This document shows positions 22,001-31,930 of a stretch of DNA of 64,000 nt, in pieces; position 1 is the first letter of the stretch; every line of letters starts with the position of its first letter. This stretch comes from a virus. The position numbers and the translations under genes were made by a program. The stretch is from positions 14,335 to 78,334 of the IMG/VR virus record IMGVR_UViG_3300012924_000001. One strand, written 5' to 3'. The notes under the pieces are model-generated. The model did not search any database, had not been told where the DNA came from, and saw only the letters and a program-made list of their open reading frames with translations.

Positions 22001-24857
22001 TATACCGAAGGATGTTACTTTGGATGAGTATATGGGAATGTTAAGCAATGAAAAGCCGCCAAAGCTTTCTGAAGGTATAAGTAAAAAGGAAGAGATTTTA
22101 AAGCAAGAATTAAAAAAGAAACTTGGTTATTTAAAGAATCGGCTACCTGAGTTTTATGGATATGAAAGAGATCTTGCTACACAGTTAGCAGATGTAGATC
22201 CTTCATATCTGAAAGGGCCTGATTTGATCAAGCTGAATAATGTATTAAACAATATTGCAGAATTCGGTTCCTTGGATTCAGCCGGAGATATTGTCACTTC
22301 ATATGAAGCACAAAAAGCAAATGAATCGCTGATAGCTGGAGGAGAGAAGATACGGGAACTGGCGCATGAAGATGTTATCAGTAAGAAGAATCTTTCCAAT
22401 ATCATGGCGGGATTGTTTTATAACGATAATGCTGTTGCCGCTTTCAGATCTAAAACGATAGGTCCAATTGAAAGAAAGCTTTCTCCTGTGTTTAGAAAAA
22501 CTCAAAATGTTGTAAAGGCATTTGTCAATCTTAACAAAAAACATAAAATAGGAGCGGCAGCCAATGCGCGGCTCCATGCATATGCTTATCTTAATCAATA
22601 CAAAGGCATAGAAAGCGGTGAGGTTTCAGATAACCTGTCTCAGCGCCTGGATGATTTAGTGGATGATGCAAAATATTTTATTGAGGAAGCCAATAGGATT
22701 CGGCCAGCTGTACGTAAGAAGTACCTGGAAAATGCTACAGACCGGCTGGACGCATTGAAGGACTTTGGATTAATTGATTATGGGATATCAAAATCACAAG
22801 TTGAAGATGAAGGGAAGACAATTAGGGGTAAGCCACGTAAGAAAACTAAATTTGACTTATGGGTCAAGGTCAACGATAATTTTGATAGTCAAGATCCTAC
22901 AAAATCGCTTGAGACTGCTTGGGATAAAATGAGTGCGGGAGAAAAAGAGGTTTATGATTTTGCTCGTAATGCTTACGACGAATTGACCGATAAGGTTGAG
23001 TTTGTTACCCGCGCTTATGCGGGTAAAGACTTCCAGAGAGAACGAAACTATATTTCCCTGGTAGCCAGAAAAAAAACTGGAGAAAATTTTGCCGACACAG
23101 AATTATCAGATCAAACGGATCTAACATATGATTTGCGTTCTATAAACAGCAAGCCAGCGGGAATGACAATGCGGAGGGTGGCTAAGAAGCCTGAGAACAT
23201 CTATTATGACGGTGACTTCTTTTCAAATTTTGTTAATCGGTATTATCAATCGCTATATACTGCTGAGGTGTTGCCGGGATTGCAGGTCGTGGCCAAGACT
23301 GTTAATAATCCTGATTTTAAGCGCTATATAACGGGGCAGCTGGACATAGGGTTTAACAAAGAAAAGGGAGCACCTAATTATGATAAGTTTAAGAACAAAC
23401 TTATCCAGGCTGTTAACCAGGGCAAGTATGCTCCTTTCTTTAAACCCAATCCCAAAAGTGCGCTTGATAATGCAGCCACTCAACTGATGAGTGCGGGAGT
23501 AAAGATGGCCCTTCATAATATATGGCAAGGACCGGCACAGTTGGCACCCGCGCTACTTCATACTGTTGCTATCTCTAACGCGAAAGCAACCGCTCTTGCA
23601 TTAGGTACGGGCTTTAGAGCTTTGGTGGATGGGCAATACGCGAAAAATCGAGCAAAATTTCTGGAGAACTTCACAGCAGTAAAAAGGAGCGCTTTAGGAT
23701 CGGATGCATTTAATTCATATGTTAAAAGACTAGGAGATGAACCAGGATGGTGGACAGATACCAAAGGATATGCAAATAAAATGCAAAAGATATCTGCTTT
23801 TTCTTTAGAGAAGGGAGATCAGGCAGCACAGAATACAGCCTTGATAAGTGGTTATATTACATCTCTCCTTCGCCAAGGCAAGATAAAGGCTGTTAGTGAG
23901 TTCGATTTTGCTAAGGAGGCTAAGAATCCTAACAACGAAGCATTAGCATTTGCCGAGCAAACGGCATCTGCTGTAAATAATGAGTCTGCCAGAGAGTATA
24001 AACCTGATGTGCTCAAGGATTCTGAGAAGGCTAAATATTTATGGATGTTGCAGGGATTCTCTTTGAATGCCTATCAAAATGCCATGAACAAGGCTAAAAT
24101 TATGTTCGACAATAGGCGAACCACTCAGGAGAGAAATGAAGCACGTTTGCATTTTGCAGGATATTTAGGAGAGATGGCGGCCTATCAATTTGTCAAACAT
24201 GCTTCTCGTGGTTTTCAATTAGCGCTTGCTGGTGCGCTTGTTTCTGCGTTGTTCGGTATAAAGCATGAAGAGGATGAAGAAGAAAAGAGGAAAAGGAAAG
24301 AAAAGGAGGCTATCCGCACTGCTACAAATATCTTAGCAGATATTACATTATCAAATACAAATGCGCTTGTCCAAGGTGGCGCAAAAAATTTGATTAATCA
24401 GGGCTATAAAGAATGGGCTAAAGCAAAGGTACGAGAGAAGAAGAAAGCGGCGAAAGAAATGGGTAAGAAGTTTGATCCACGTGGAACTTATCTCAGTCCT
24501 TATTTTGCTCCCTATTATGGAGTTGAAGGAGCAGGAGGTGGGGTAGAGTTCTACACTTCAGCCGGGGAGAAGGCCGTTAAATTAATGTCCAGTGTAATGG
24601 GATGGTCTGATGATCCGGATGCACAAAAGAAAAAGTCTGAAGAAAAGAAAAGAATTGAGGATATAAGTAAAAAGACAAACGTTACATTGAACGCAGCGGC
24701 AATGCTTCTGCGCTCTAGTGATTTGATAATTCTCAATAACAGGATACAGCAGCAATTGCAAGCAGCAGGCAAGAAGAAAGCCCCTACGGGCGCAGCGACT
24801 ACTAGAGGAGCCTCAAGGAGCAGAAGAGCGAAACGAAGAAATACAAATAAGAGATAA
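19008..24857 (+). CDS. Large internal virion (cargo/ejection) protein, 1949 aa
   Basis: Size, position, ENMQEFAQ-type motif, hydrophobic Ala/Gly segments; no RNAP DxDxD catalytic context seen. Confidence 0.7.
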   Translation: MPDKKYIQKVYDFMNTAYGEKGAVTKGVFRGSFNDFYDRINTDSKYADKIYGALSKAYGPMGSLKRDAFSSDITGFRERVLAPSGTQPTTRDIPTGLPEENPVQAVLQTGKDLSIPEQQRPGYFQDIKAFEPDIQATELVKQAQSEQASRNAEKYLLQDQSVVPINMAGQLNGEQTRTLIDKNLNDPNVQYRNNIKQVLEKVDEEDKNRLANQQVADEMYKTPQGKFYYDFVRPVYKEALNVGKNTAAFGARAVGADKVADKIIDYFDFDRLAREGNPTAALNMEPSKQQGKLGMNNILPRTMEGLTNMAALMGGSSLLGGGNAALMATSFVSQYEDYRKTAKQNGLSDADADKFATVSAGLNSALELVSPNKVITKELPQALTKKEIFNYIKNGASAKDAIKKFIVRSGDEVLKENMQEFAQNMGDKTAKYAFDKYVLDDPRFGEETILPSLQESLETAVITTLVTGLMSSPHLVARNKPSSLERSAWAAAAQNPGIIEGGLKNAVAQGQLTEAKADQIKQNVGEYTEIYDALSAKGYNPEMVERVAMNAFRAKKLDEHNKPLSGIEILTPITAQDDATKIDLEKGVLSAIAGESETDYDTEPESKKVTVQQPEEVSHPQVIAVGQKITEPSQPEQNAIQEQTARKSVLREERPELGLQEVGEGNAESQIPPTESETEQPKVQEEVKVKSGTKESRDQAVANLKNKFDPYKHVGIISDPKQNLKRDKEFYSALANYIKEEILYRANQVKGFANEKKAKIKRMITSSLKEEGMTIQDLSMLNDAFDDAFSQIKKIPGVLPEQPNDRISFKDYVRDRIKVREAGFKEGSKGPTGRIKAVRAVIGDMLKGKQINLNITQLRSITSLLQKAVGTKDKIENTERTVKTITNILWQARNKQKISRTKGLMRSLGKLKRSKSMVAQDIDWIKGLQLPSPSKVDDLDSYMDMLKDFIDSRKGNELNQKYTKEEISEFVDQENDRIYTERKESMQDDLDDLKEEGIIPKDVTLDEYMGMLSNEKPPKLSEGISKKEEILKQELKKKLGYLKNRLPEFYGYERDLATQLADVDPSYLKGPDLIKLNNVLNNIAEFGSLDSAGDIVTSYEAQKANESLIAGGEKIRELAHEDVISKKNLSNIMAGLFYNDNAVAAFRSKTIGPIERKLSPVFRKTQNVVKAFVNLNKKHKIGAAANARLHAYAYLNQYKGIESGEVSDNLSQRLDDLVDDAKYFIEEANRIRPAVRKKYLENATDRLDALKDFGLIDYGISKSQVEDEGKTIRGKPRKKTKFDLWVKVNDNFDSQDPTKSLETAWDKMSAGEKEVYDFARNAYDELTDKVEFVTRAYAGKDFQRERNYISLVARKKTGENFADTELSDQTDLTYDLRSINSKPAGMTMRRVAKKPENIYYDGDFFSNFVNRYYQSLYTAEVLPGLQVVAKTVNNPDFKRYITGQLDIGFNKEKGAPNYDKFKNKLIQAVNQGKYAPFFKPNPKSALDNAATQLMSAGVKMALHNIWQGPAQLAPALLHTVAISNAKATALALGTGFRALVDGQYAKNRAKFLENFTAVKRSALGSDAFNSYVKRLGDEPGWWTDTKGYANKMQKISAFSLEKGDQAAQNTALISGYITSLLRQGKIKAVSEFDFAKEAKNPNNEALAFAEQTASAVNNESAREYKPDVLKDSEKAKYLWMLQGFSLNAYQNAMNKAKIMFDNRRTTQERNEARLHFAGYLGEMAAYQFVKHASRGFQLALAGALVSALFGIKHEEDEEEKRKRKEKEAIRTATNILADITLSNTNALVQGGAKNLINQGYKEWAKAKVREKKKAAKEMGKKFDPRGTYLSPYFAPYYGVEGAGGGVEFYTSAGEKAVKLMSSVMGWSDDPDAQKKKSEEKKRIEDISKKTNVTLNAAAMLLRSSDLIILNNRIQQQLQAAGKKKAPTGAATTRGASRSRRAKRRNTNKR
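20920..21069 (+). CDS. Overprinted 49-aa basic protein MPFKSKQQ...WAKETP..KSLP.KVK nested in an alternative frame
   Basis: Resembles the MPFKS...KWAKETP...LP.KVK small phage protein family; A-rich start context. Confidence 0.6.
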   Translation: MPFKSKQQEKACYAKKDPNWDCKKWAKETPSPKSLPQKVKQSSPKSKKK

Positions 24858-24876
24858 AACTATAGGCATTTTTTAG

Positions 24877-24884
24877 TACATTTG
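24877..24884 (+). promoter_or_regulatory. Bacteroidota -7 element (TACATTTG)
   Basis: TAnnTTTG match in the intergenic gap. Confidence 0.45.
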
Positions 24885-24906
24885 TTTCAACAAATATTCC
24901 CTCAAA

Positions 24907-25476
24907 ATGGCTGAAGCCTGGAAAGACATAGAAGGCTATGAAGGTCTATATCAGATTAGCTCCAATGGAAGATTAAAAGCTCTTTCTAAACAAGTATTCC
25001 CCTCTACGCATCCTTGGAGAATAAGAAGTTATCCCGAAAGGATAGTTGATCTGCTGCAAAACGAGTGCGGATATAATTTTTACTATTTAAGTAAAGGTGG
25101 AACCAGTAGTAAGCGGACTATTCACCGTTTAGTTGCTAAAGCTTTTATGGCAAATCCTCTAAATAAACCTCACGTAAACCATAAAAACGGGAATAAGATC
25201 GATAATAATATTTCTAATCTTGAATGGGCGACTCCAAAAGAAAATATGGTTCATGCAAGACGTAATGGATTGATAAAATGTGGCGAAAATGCAGCAAATG
25301 CAAAACTGACAAATAAACAAGCTGAAGACATTAGAAATAGTGTTGAAGGGCCGCTTGCATTATCAAAAAAATATAATGTGACTCAGACTATTATAATAAA
25401 TATCAGACAAAACAAAACATATATGCCGAATATATATTTTGGAGAATTGCCGGCTATTATGAGTTCAAGATATTAA
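24907..25476 (+). CDS. NUMOD4-HNH homing endonuclease
   Basis: WKDIEGYEGLYQISSNGR, HRLVAKAF, VNHKNGNKIDNNISNLEW. Confidence 0.93.
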   Translation: MAEAWKDIEGYEGLYQISSNGRLKALSKQVFPSTHPWRIRSYPERIVDLLQNECGYNFYYLSKGGTSSKRTIHRLVAKAFMANPLNKPHVNHKNGNKIDNNISNLEWATPKENMVHARRNGLIKCGENAANAKLTNKQAEDIRNSVEGPLALSKKYNVTQTIIINIRQNKTYMPNIYFGELPAIMSSRY

Positions 25477-25489
25477 AACAGATATTATT

Positions 25490-25996
25490 ATGGCATTTTT
25501 AGTCAGTTTTTCTGTTTCACAAAGCGCTGACGGTTCTGTAATCACACTGACCGATTTGAGTAACTACGGTGATGGGTCTGCCTTTCATAAGGTTGATTTT
25601 ACTTCCCGTACATTATATATAACACGTGGCGATACGCTTATAGAAGAAACTGTGCCCTTCCCGTATACAAACACAGTTGACAGTACGCAAGATGTATATA
25701 CTTGGACCATTGATCAGGATTATGTTTACTCTATAAGAATGGTACTGGTGGATAATACAGCGGTTACCTATACTTTTATTGCGCAGGCGATTACCACTGA
25801 ATTTACATTGAAAAAACTCCGACAGATACTTTCCGAATTCTCTACCTGTGGATGTGATTCTGAATGCCGTATTGCGCAACAGATCCAGTGTGGGATAGAT
25901 GCTGCAACGGCTAGAACCTGTGCCGGAGATATTGCCGAAGCGCAGCAAATACTTTTCTATATAAATGAGTTAGCGGATAACCATATCAATTGTTAG
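25490..25996 (+). CDS. Putative tail hub protein
   Basis: Beta-rich N-terminus with a CGC-containing helical C-terminus; tail module position. Confidence 0.5.
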   Translation: MAFLVSFSVSQSADGSVITLTDLSNYGDGSAFHKVDFTSRTLYITRGDTLIEETVPFPYTNTVDSTQDVYTWTIDQDYVYSIRMVLVDNTAVTYTFIAQAITTEFTLKKLRQILSEFSTCGCDSECRIAQQIQCGIDAATARTCAGDIAEAQQILFYINELADNHINC

Positions 25997-25999
25997 AGA

Positions 26000-26830
26000 A
26001 TGCCTTATATAGATGCAACAAAAGCAAAACAAATAGTAGCAATTGCCAAGGACTATATTGGCACTACCTACTATTCGTATGTTGCCAAGGCTGCAAATGG
26101 GTGTGGAAAAGGAGATTGGAATTCCCTTCTTTGCTTTTATGAACTATACCGGGTAGCGGGACACAATGTTGACGATCTGATAGATGAGGAATCCTATCAA
26201 AATATAATTTTAAAACTACTTTCTAAGGTAGCGCTTACTCCAAATTACTCTCTTGCGACTTGCAATAACAGTGTGATAGTGACAAGCGGAGGATGTGGTT
26301 GTCAGGGGGGATCTAGTACGACTGGCCCGGTATCAGGGTGTACAGATAGTATTCTTCCTTTCCACATGAATTTTGGAGAGGTTTCGTTTAGCAATCCCCA
26401 GCTGATAGGAGTGGATATCTTGATAGCGATCCGGGAAGGAATGGTAATGAGAGCGAACCCGGCTGCGATTGATGGTTTTTTATTCGATAATGTAACAGGA
26501 ACGTTTATTCCAAACGCACCTGTCTCAGATGGAGGAGAGGATTTTATCATCCTTTATAAGGATTGCAATACTGGTGGTGTTCCGGTCCCTCCTATAGGAC
26601 TCGTTACGGGTACTTCTATTTTTTCTGGAGATGGGGTTACTACGCAGTTTCTCATAGTTCATGGAAGCAGCAGTCCAACACCGCCAGATTTTTATATTGT
26701 AGGTGCAGGATCTGTAGGAGCATTGGGTTGGACTACCTTATCTATTGACATAACAAATATAATTGTGAACTATGATGTTGCGCCTCCTGCTGGATCTGGC
26801 AACATCATTTTAACCTGGGCAGCTAGATAA
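26000..26830 (+). CDS. Putative tail hub / fibre attachment protein
   Basis: Cys-rich; GDGVTTQF.I.H virion beta-domain. Confidence 0.5.
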   Translation: MPYIDATKAKQIVAIAKDYIGTTYYSYVAKAANGCGKGDWNSLLCFYELYRVAGHNVDDLIDEESYQNIILKLLSKVALTPNYSLATCNNSVIVTSGGCGCQGGSSTTGPVSGCTDSILPFHMNFGEVSFSNPQLIGVDILIAIREGMVMRANPAAIDGFLFDNVTGTFIPNAPVSDGGEDFIILYKDCNTGGVPVPPIGLVTGTSIFSGDGVTTQFLIVHGSSSPTPPDFYIVGAGSVGALGWTTLSIDITNIIVNYDVAPPAGSGNIILTWAAR

Positions 26831-27060
26831 TGGCATACAGTGGAGCGACACGAACGTTTGATACGATAACCGATTTGCGGTTGCAGAAAGGTACTCCAAA
26901 TGTAAGAGTAAATATACTTGGAGGAACAACCATATCGGATGGCTTGGGTGGAGATTTTTATTGGAATAATGTTTCAACGGCTGCTGATGATAATCAAAGT
27001 GTAATTCAAGTAACGGGAGTCGTCACAGGACGGTGGATACGTGTTGGTGTTTCTCCCTAA
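26830..27060 (+). CDS. Stand-alone tailspike N-terminal module
   Basis: TITDLR...DGLGGDFYW...ADDN...GRWIR motif. Confidence 0.65.
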   Translation: MAYSGATRTFDTITDLRLQKGTPNVRVNILGGTTISDGLGGDFYWNNVSTAADDNQSVIQVTGVVTGRWIRVGVSP

Positions 27061-27074
27061 GATTTTCCCTCAAA

Positions 27075-30000
27075 ATGATCAGATATTTAACCATATCCCT
27101 TTTACTGCTTCTTACATTATCTGTAAGGTCTCAGACTGCTGTGCCAATAGTACAAGGTGGCAAGTATTATGAGTTTAGAAATGCAGCTCGCTTTGATTCG
27201 GCTTTTTTCTTGCCACGTCGAGATACCGGAAACAATGATCCTACCTTACTGGCTCCTGGTGAGATAATCTACCGGGTTGCGGATGATAAGCTCTATTACC
27301 GGAAGGGAACAGCTATGACTCCCCTGGCGGAGGCCACTGGAAATGTAGTCGATAGAGTATTTACGGTAGCGCAACTAATGGCATATGCTGGAACGGCTAC
27401 GGCTGTCTTTGTGGTTGATAGCTTCAGAGGGGGATATTTTAATTATGTACCGGCAGGCCCTTCTGCTCCAGCTGTAGACAGTGGGATCGTATTTCCGGCA
27501 ACAGGTAAGGGAGGTGGTGTATGGCAACGTCCGTGGGACCGGATGACGGTGAACGCAAACTGGTACGGCGTACTGCCTGATGGCAATGATTACAGTTATA
27601 GACTACAAAGGATCATTGATAAATTCTCTTTCCCAACGCTGTCAGATACCGTAGGAATTGCCATCTTATTGCCAAAAGGAATATATCGCTTTAAAGATGT
27701 TTTAATAAAAAGAGGAATAAAGCTCTATTCAGAACAAAGGAGCAAGAATAACGTAAACGCATACGTCCCCAGTAAAATATATCCTGCACCTGGAGCGATA
27801 TACGTTTTTGATTTTGTAGATACCTGTTTGAATGCGGAACTGTCACATCTCTATATAGATGGAGATTATACTAATAATCCAAATCTTCAAGCTGCGATTA
27901 GGTTGAGGGGATATTCCAATGTCCTCAATGATCTGAATGTCATTAATTGTCCAAATCATGCATTATACGGAGTGCTGGGCCTCAACGGTAGGGTAGAGCA
28001 TAGTAATTTCCAGGGGATGTTCGCTCCGAATATTCCCTTTACCGGGTTCAATGACTTCCATGGCGCAGTTCATTTTACTGCTATGGGAGATGCTACTTTA
28101 CACGATAATGAGATTGGGGCAGCGGCTCCTTATCTTATAGGTCAAGTACCAAATCCTATTGACATTATTCGTGATCCGGTTAACTACAGGATCGTTTCTT
28201 TCTGTGGTGATATTGTAGTTAATAGTTGGATTACAAACAACTTTTTTGAAAATGGAGATCAGGGATGTGTAATAAAAGCTGGAGTCCATAATAATTTTGG
28301 CAAGAACAGATATGAAATGAATGCCTTCAGGGGTTTGCTCTTGAAGGGTATGCAATCAAGTTTATTTACAGATGAAGAATTTGCAAATAATTCTTTGGCC
28401 ATAAATGGTGGTGGAGAAGATGTTCGCCTAGATACCGGCGCAGTTGCTTTTTGCGATTTCAAGAGTCCCACATTTTTAAAGCTAGTAAGTCCGATCATTC
28501 CTTCCAGTACGTTTAAAGTAAAATATAATATCGTAAACTATTCCGGGACAGGAGGGAATTCTTTATATGAGCCTACCTTTTCTGATACTTCATTACTTGC
28601 CCGTTATGATAGTTTAGGTCATTTCGATACTACTTCTCAATCTGTAAAATTCCGGCAAGTATCCGGCCAGCTAGACCCGGACAATCCGGCATTCAGTTCT
28701 ATTGGTGTAGGCCGTACTGGTATTATTGATCCCTGGAAGACAAAACCTTACAAGGGAGGGATAGATATTGGTGCCGGGACCGATGCGGCCAATGGTAGCC
28801 GGGTGGGTATTATTAGGGCCTTTAAACCCAACGAGAGTGTTCCTTGGCAAATCGGGTTCGACAATGGCAACGATATGACGTTTGCCATCTTCAATCCTTT
28901 AGGGCGATACATATTTGGAGGAGGCGAAGCTGTCTTTGCAAAAAACGGTGCAAGTGGTATCTCGATCCAAAGCAACGATGGTCTTGCGGATACTCATATT
29001 AATTTGTATTCGGACCCGGCTTTAACGTTTAATGCAGGATTGTCACTTGACCGGAATACAGGAGGGTTAAATATTATATCTTCAAACGGTATAACTTATA
29101 CGAGTGCGGTAGCAAGCACTGCAACCTTTATTAATACTGGATTTACTGTTGCCAAAGTGAATGGTGTTCCTGTAAACCTGATTTCTAATAATCTGGGCTT
29201 TACGGATGTCGCTTTTTCTTCTGATCCTATTCCCACCAGATCTGCAAGGATAAGGTTTGATAATACAAATGGTGATTTCTCATTAACGGGAAGCGGTAAT
29301 ATATACATTGGAGCGAACAATAATTGGCGATTTAATTTTGATGGATCAAACGCTATTCCGGTGCCTCCTGCCCCCGCTCCTGCCGCAGCTGGTGATACGA
29401 CGACATCATTTGTGCTGCGTACAAATAATGGTGGCTTGTTGAGAGTAAGGCCGAATGTATATTGGGATAGCACACAAGTGAAGCATTATGCAGATAGTGT
29501 TAGCGCCGCAGCAGGGGCCGTCGATCTTCAGGCAGTTACAGATGTTGGTAATACTACCTCTAATCCGATAATTGTAAATAAAATAGGCGTAAATACTACA
29601 CCTATTAACCATCTGGATGTGGACGGGTCCATAGGCTTTCCTCTGTTTATTTTTTCCACAGATAATTTGCCATTTGGCAGCAGTGATTATGCATTAGGTA
29701 TAAATAATACCGGGACGGGGACCGTCACTTTGCCAGATGCTACCTTATATCCGAATAGAATTTGTGAAGTAAAAAAGGTTAGTGCTACCGGCATTATTGT
29801 AAACATTGTTACGTTAGGAGGGCAGACTATTGATGGGGCAGCATCTAAAACGCTCACGGTTCAAAATAGTTGGGGACGTTTTCAATCGGATGGGAGCAAT
29901 TGGCATGTTATGGGTGAAACACTCCTTTCAAGTGTACCTACTTCCAGACTTATAAATACAACGTCTCCACTTGCCGGTGGCGGCGACTTATCTGCCGATA

Positions 30001-31154
30001 GAACGTTGTCGATAGCCAACGCAGCAGCAGACGGCACAACAAAGGGAGCCGCAAGCTTTACAGCGAATGATTTTGATGCGACCGCTGGGAATATAGGTAT
30101 AGATTATACGAATGGGCAAACGGCTGGAACAGCCACAAAAGGATTCCTTTCTGCAACAGATTGGAATACTTTTAACAATAAGATCGGTACATTAAATACG
30201 CTGACTGGTGCTTCACAAACATTTGCTACTGGAACTGCCGGTACAGATTTCGCAATAAGCTCTGTTGGAACCACACATACTTTCAATCTACCGGACGCTT
30301 CTGGCACTGCTCGTGGATTGATGACTACAGGTGCTCAAACTTTTGCCGGTACGAAGACTTTTGCTACTGCGAATGCCACCACTTTTGGAGCAACGACTTC
30401 TTTAACGTGTTCCTCTAACAGTGCAAATATTTTTATTCCTCTTTCTTCTTCAGCTCAATCAGTAAGTGCCACTGATAAATATAATAGTTGGGGTGGTTCG
30501 TCTGTTGCCTTTTTACGTGTGGGTTTTGCGGGGGCGACATCAACAACTTTAACGGCTAATGCAAGTTATGCCAATGTGATTGTCGGAAAAACTGATATCA
30601 CGACAGCAGCTACCGGCACTCATCCCTTTATGGCAAATTTCGTAGCGCTCAAGCCAACAAGAACAAGTGGTGGCGCTACTATAACTAACTTTGCAAATAT
30701 CCTTACGCTCAGCGCTCCTACAGGAGGAACAAATAACTATACGCTATATGCTGATAGCGGAAACGTAGCGCTGTCACCAACTTCCGGAAATGTCGGCGTT
30801 GCAACAAATGCTCCAACTTCAAGGCTGCATGTGGGAGGATCATTTGCGCTACCCATTACGACAGTAACGACAACCACTACGCTGGATGCCACGCACGGTA
30901 CTGTCGTTGTTAATAATACTGGTGGCGCGGCAACGATAAATCTGCCAACAGCTGTTGGCATCTCAGGACGGATTTATGTAATCAAAAAGATATCAGGTGC
31001 AGCGTTGAATGTTACCATTGACGGAGCCGGTGCTGAACTCATAGATGGCGCGGCTACTAAAACGTTAACACTACAATACTCGTCAATGATTATACAAAGT
31101 GATAATGTGGGCTGGCAGATACTTGGCGCTTTTGGTACAGGGATAACGCTTTAA
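27075..31154 (+). CDS. Tailspike/fibre-like protein with pectate-lyase-like beta-helix and N-terminal signal peptide
   Basis: [11 protein letters not shown]...LPKGIY beta-helix cap and fibre repeats; [20 protein letters not shown] leader from ATG 27075. Confidence 0.8.
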   Translation: MIRYLTISLLLLLTLSVRSQTAVPIVQGGKYYEFRNAARFDSAFFLPRRDTGNNDPTLLAPGEIIYRVADDKLYYRKGTAMTPLAEATGNVVDRVFTVAQLMAYAGTATAVFVVDSFRGGYFNYVPAGPSAPAVDSGIVFPATGKGGGVWQRPWDRMTVNANWYGVLPDGNDYSYRLQRIIDKFSFPTLSDTVGIAILLPKGIYRFKDVLIKRGIKLYSEQRSKNNVNAYVPSKIYPAPGAIYVFDFVDTCLNAELSHLYIDGDYTNNPNLQAAIRLRGYSNVLNDLNVINCPNHALYGVLGLNGRVEHSNFQGMFAPNIPFTGFNDFHGAVHFTAMGDATLHDNEIGAAAPYLIGQVPNPIDIIRDPVNYRIVSFCGDIVVNSWITNNFFENGDQGCVIKAGVHNNFGKNRYEMNAFRGLLLKGMQSSLFTDEEFANNSLAINGGGEDVRLDTGAVAFCDFKSPTFLKLVSPIIPSSTFKVKYNIVNYSGTGGNSLYEPTFSDTSLLARYDSLGHFDTTSQSVKFRQVSGQLDPDNPAFSSIGVGRTGIIDPWKTKPYKGGIDIGAGTDAANGSRVGIIRAFKPNESVPWQIGFDNGNDMTFAIFNPLGRYIFGGGEAVFAKNGASGISIQSNDGLADTHINLYSDPALTFNAGLSLDRNTGGLNIISSNGITYTSAVASTATFINTGFTVAKVNGVPVNLISNNLGFTDVAFSSDPIPTRSARIRFDNTNGDFSLTGSGNIYIGANNNWRFNFDGSNAIPVPPAPAPAAAGDTTTSFVLRTNNGGLLRVRPNVYWDSTQVKHYADSVSAAAGAVDLQAVTDVGNTTSNPIIVNKIGVNTTPINHLDVDGSIGFPLFIFSTDNLPFGSSDYALGINNTGTGTVTLPDATLYPNRICEVKKVSATGIIVNIVTLGGQTIDGAASKTLTVQNSWGRFQSDGSNWHVMGETLLSSVPTSRLINTTSPLAGGGDLSADRTLSIANAAADGTTKGAASFTANDFDATAGNIGIDYTNGQTAGTATKGFLSATDWNTFNNKIGTLNTLTGASQTFATGTAGTDFAISSVGTTHTFNLPDASGTARGLMTTGAQTFAGTKTFATANATTFGATTSLTCSSNSANIFIPLSSSAQSVSATDKYNSWGGSSVAFLRVGFAGATSTTLTANASYANVIVGKTDITTAATGTHPFMANFVALKPTRTSGGATITNFANILTLSAPTGGTNNYTLYADSGNVALSPTSGNVGVATNAPTSRLHVGGSFALPITTVTTTTTLDATHGTVVVNNTGGAATINLPTAVGISGRIYVIKKISGAALNVTIDGAGAELIDGAATKTLTLQYSSMIIQSDNVGWQILGAFGTGITL

Positions 31155-31164
31155 AACTAATTAT

Positions 31165-31665
31165 ATGCTTACGGTTCCTTTTTGCTTAGACGTCCTTAGT
31201 GACCTTTTATTTTATGATTCTTTTCCAGATGGGTTCATAATTTTTATAACTAATAGCCAGAATAAACCACCTGTTCCTTATAGATGGGATTTGACATCTA
31301 CGGCTACAGTAGACGGTGTTAATGTTATAAAGCCCACTACCATTATTTCAGGTGATCCCGGAAGGTGGATCAATCAGATTGGTGGCAATACAAGGGTGGA
31401 AATTATTACCGGAACAACGGACGCCAATGGTAATATAACAACAACATGGGCGACTGCGTTTGCGGGTATTCCTCATCTGTCCCCTACTATTGAAGGAGGA
31501 GCGGCAAATCAAACCTTAACAGTGACTAGTAACACGGCCTCTGGATTTACTGTAAATGTAAAACAAAGGAACAGTGTTTCCTTGCTCGGAATAGATGTAT
31601 TATTGTCCACCACTGTGAATGTGGCTGGAATATTCGTTAGGATAATGGCAACAGAAAAAATATAA
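31165..31665 (+). CDS. Small tail-fibre-related protein
   Basis: YRWD..STATVDG..VIKP...GRW module plus a C-terminal beta domain. Confidence 0.55.
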   Translation: MLTVPFCLDVLSDLLFYDSFPDGFIIFITNSQNKPPVPYRWDLTSTATVDGVNVIKPTTIISGDPGRWINQIGGNTRVEIITGTTDANGNITTTWATAFAGIPHLSPTIEGGAANQTLTVTSNTASGFTVNVKQRNSVSLLGIDVLLSTTVNVAGIFVRIMATEKI

Positions 31666-31669
31666 TGTC

Positions 31670-31930
31670 ATGGCAGACAAAAAAACAATCATCAGTATTC
31701 TGCATCCTACGCCTGCATGGGCTAATTGGGCCTTTAGGATTGTTTTCCTATTAAATAAGGTAGTGATTGGTATGGTTGCATCAGATCCAGGAATTGATGC
31801 AGAAACAAAAGTGCGTATAGGGTTGTATCTCTCAGGCCTGGATACCTTTGTATGGGGTATTAGTAGGATTTTTGGAGTGAAAGTACAAGATGAGGAAGCC
31901 CCTAAGCCAGAAAACACACAAATTAAATGA
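31670..31930 (+). CDS. Putative holin
   Basis: 86 aa, two hydrophobic segments, charged C-terminus, after the tail genes. Confidence 0.55.
   Translation: MADKKTIISILHPTPAWANWAFRIVFLLNKVVIGMVASDPGIDAETKVRIGLYLSGLDTFVWGISRIFGVKVQDEEAPKPENTQIK

Noticed and set aside
19008-24857. Virion RNA polymerase as in crAss-like phages
   Set aside because: No DxDxD catalytic motif in a plausible context (only YYDGDF and DYFDFD), and host-type promoters are present
785-30961. Numerous antisense and alternate-frame ORFs in the track
   Set aside because: Shadows of long genes without start context or motifs; only 20920..21069 was retained
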